In this document: piece after piece, positions 62,385-64,000 of the stretch
Layout of the letters: each line of letters opens with the position of its first letter
How positions within the stretch are numbered: the first letter of the stretch is position 1
From: Eledone cirrhosa
Lineage: Eukaryota
Assembly: GCA_964016885.1 (NCBI GenBank)
Contig: OZ024743.1
Location: 218,674,001-218,738,000, forward strand
DNA length: 64,000 bases
Reading direction: 5' to 3'
Translations under genes and position numbers: made by a program
Notes under the pieces: generated by a model
Databases searched by the model: none
The model's input: only the letters and a program-made list of their open reading frames with translations
What the model was told of the DNA's origin: nothing

Positions 62385-64000
62385 GTGTGTGTGAAAGAGA
62401 GGTCAGCTGTGTGTGAAAGTGAGGTGAGGTGTGTGTGAAAGTGAGGTAAGGTGTGTGTGAAAATGAGGGGAGGTGTGTGTGAAAATGAGGGGAGGTGTGT
62501 GTGAAAATGAGGGGAGGTGTGTGTGAAAGTGAGGTGAGGTGTGTGTGAAAGTGAGGTAAGGTGTGTGTGAAAGTGAGGTGAGGTGTGTGTGAAAATGAGG
62601 GGAGGTGTGTGTGAAAGTGAGGTGAGGTGTGTGTGAAAGTGAGGTGAGGTGTGTGTGAAAATGAGGGGAGGTGTGTGTGAAAGTGAGGTGAGGTGTGTGT
62701 GAAAGTGAGGTGAGGTGTGTGTGAAAATGAGGGGAGGTGTGTGTGAAAGTGAGGTGAGGTGTGTGTGAAAGTGAGGTGAGGTGTGTGTGAAAGTGAGGTG
62801 AGGTGTGTGTGAAAGTGAGGTGAGGTGTGTGTGAAAGTGAGGTGAGGTGTGTGTGAAAGTGAGGTGAGGTGTGTGTGAAAGTGAGGTGAGGTGTGTGTGA
62901 AAGTGAGGTGAGGTGTGTGTGAAAGTGAGGTAAGGTGTGTGTGAAAGTGAGGTGAGCTGTGTGTGGAAGTGAGGTGAGCTGTGTGTAAAAGTGAGGTAAG
63001 GTGTGTGTTAAAGTGAGGTAAGGTGTGTGTGAAAGTGAGGTGAGGTGTGTGTGAAAATGATGTGAGGTGTGTGTGAAAGTGTGGTAAGGTGTGTGGGAAA
63101 GTGAGGTGAGGTATGTGTGTAAATGAGAGATCAGGTGTGTGTGAAAGAGAGGTCAGGTGTGTGTGAAAGAGAGGTCAGGTTTGTGTGAAAGCGAGGTGAG
63201 GTGTGTGTGAAAGTGAGGTGAGGTGTGTGTGAAAGTGAGGTGAGGTGTGTGTGAAAGAGAGGTCAGGTGTGTGTGAAAGAGAGGTCAGGTGTGTGTGAAA
63301 GAGAGGTAAGTGTGTGTGAAAATGATGTGAGAGGTGTGTGAAAGTGAGATCAGGCGTGAGTGAAAGAGAGGTCAGGTGTGTGTCAAAATGATGTGAGGTG
63401 TGTGTGAAAGTGAGGTAAGGTGTGTGTGAAAGAGAGGTGAGGTGTGTGTAAATGAGAGATCAGGTGTGTGTGAAAGTGAGATCAGGCGTGAGTGAAAGGG
63501 AGGTGAGGTGTGTGTGAAAGTGAGGTGAGGTGTGTGTGAAAGTGAGGTGAGGTGTGTGTGAAAGTGAGGTAAGGTGTGTGTGAAAGTGAGGTAAGGTGTG
63601 TGCGAAAGTGAGGTAAGGTGTGTGTGAAAGAGAGGTCAGGTGTGTGTGAAACAGAGGTAAGGTGTGTGCGAAAGTGAGGAAAGGTGTGTGTGAAAGTGAG
63701 GTGAGGTGTGTGTAAATGAGAGATCAGGTGTGTGTGAAACAGAGGTAAGGTGTGTGTGAAAGTGAGGTAAGGTGTGTGTGAAAGTGAGGTAAGGTGTGTG
63801 TGAAAGTGAGGTGAGGTGTGTGTGAAAGTGGGGTGAGGTGTGTGTGAAAGTGAGGTGAGGTGTGTGTGAAAGTGAGGTGAGGTGTGTGTGAAAGGAAGGT
63901 AAGGTGTGTGTGTATGAGAGGTAAGGTGTGTGTGAAAGTGGGGTGAGGTGTGTGTGAAAGAGAGGTGAGGTGTGTGTGAAAGTGAGGTAAGGTTTGTGTG
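62385..64000. repeat. 22-bp satellite (GTGAGGTGAGGTGTGTGTGAAA)n running off the window
   Basis: Direct observation of a 22-bp period. Confidence 0.95.

Noticed and set aside
62385-64000. G-rich array as telomere
   Set aside because: The unit is 22 bp and not TTAGGG-like; ordinary satellite.

Overview
AT-rich, repeat-saturated animal genomic DNA. The SINE types, RTE/Penelope content and very long (TA)n/(TG)n tracts suggest an octopus or other cephalopod (inference). Almost all ORFs in the supplied track are microsatellite artefacts or transposon fragments. The only host-gene sequence I can support is two small minus-strand exons (43506-43548, 41519-41623). They splice via GT-AG to give VLAGYNGTIFAYGQ|TGSGKTFTITGGAEKYADRGIIPRTLSYIFQEFSK, the P-loop of a kinesin-9 (KIF6-like) motor, so the window is probably mostly intron. 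The rest is nested mobile DNA: (i) Penelope-like elements (PLEs), including a long Naiad-type RT+GIY-YIG ORF, plus at least nine minimal type-I hammerhead ribozyme motifs from several unrelated families, some within long foldback palindromes or a non-coding direct repeat; (ii) young RTE LINEs with a PHD-type C4HC3 finger inserted inside the RT, sitting in (TA)n tracts; (iii) three head-to-tail Tx1/L1-clade LINEs in a (GATA)n tract, one a recombinant; (iv) CR1, Vingi, CRE-like and Helitron remnants, tRNA-derived SINEs, MITEs and minisatellites. All calls were made by eye without database searches, and element boundaries are approximate.
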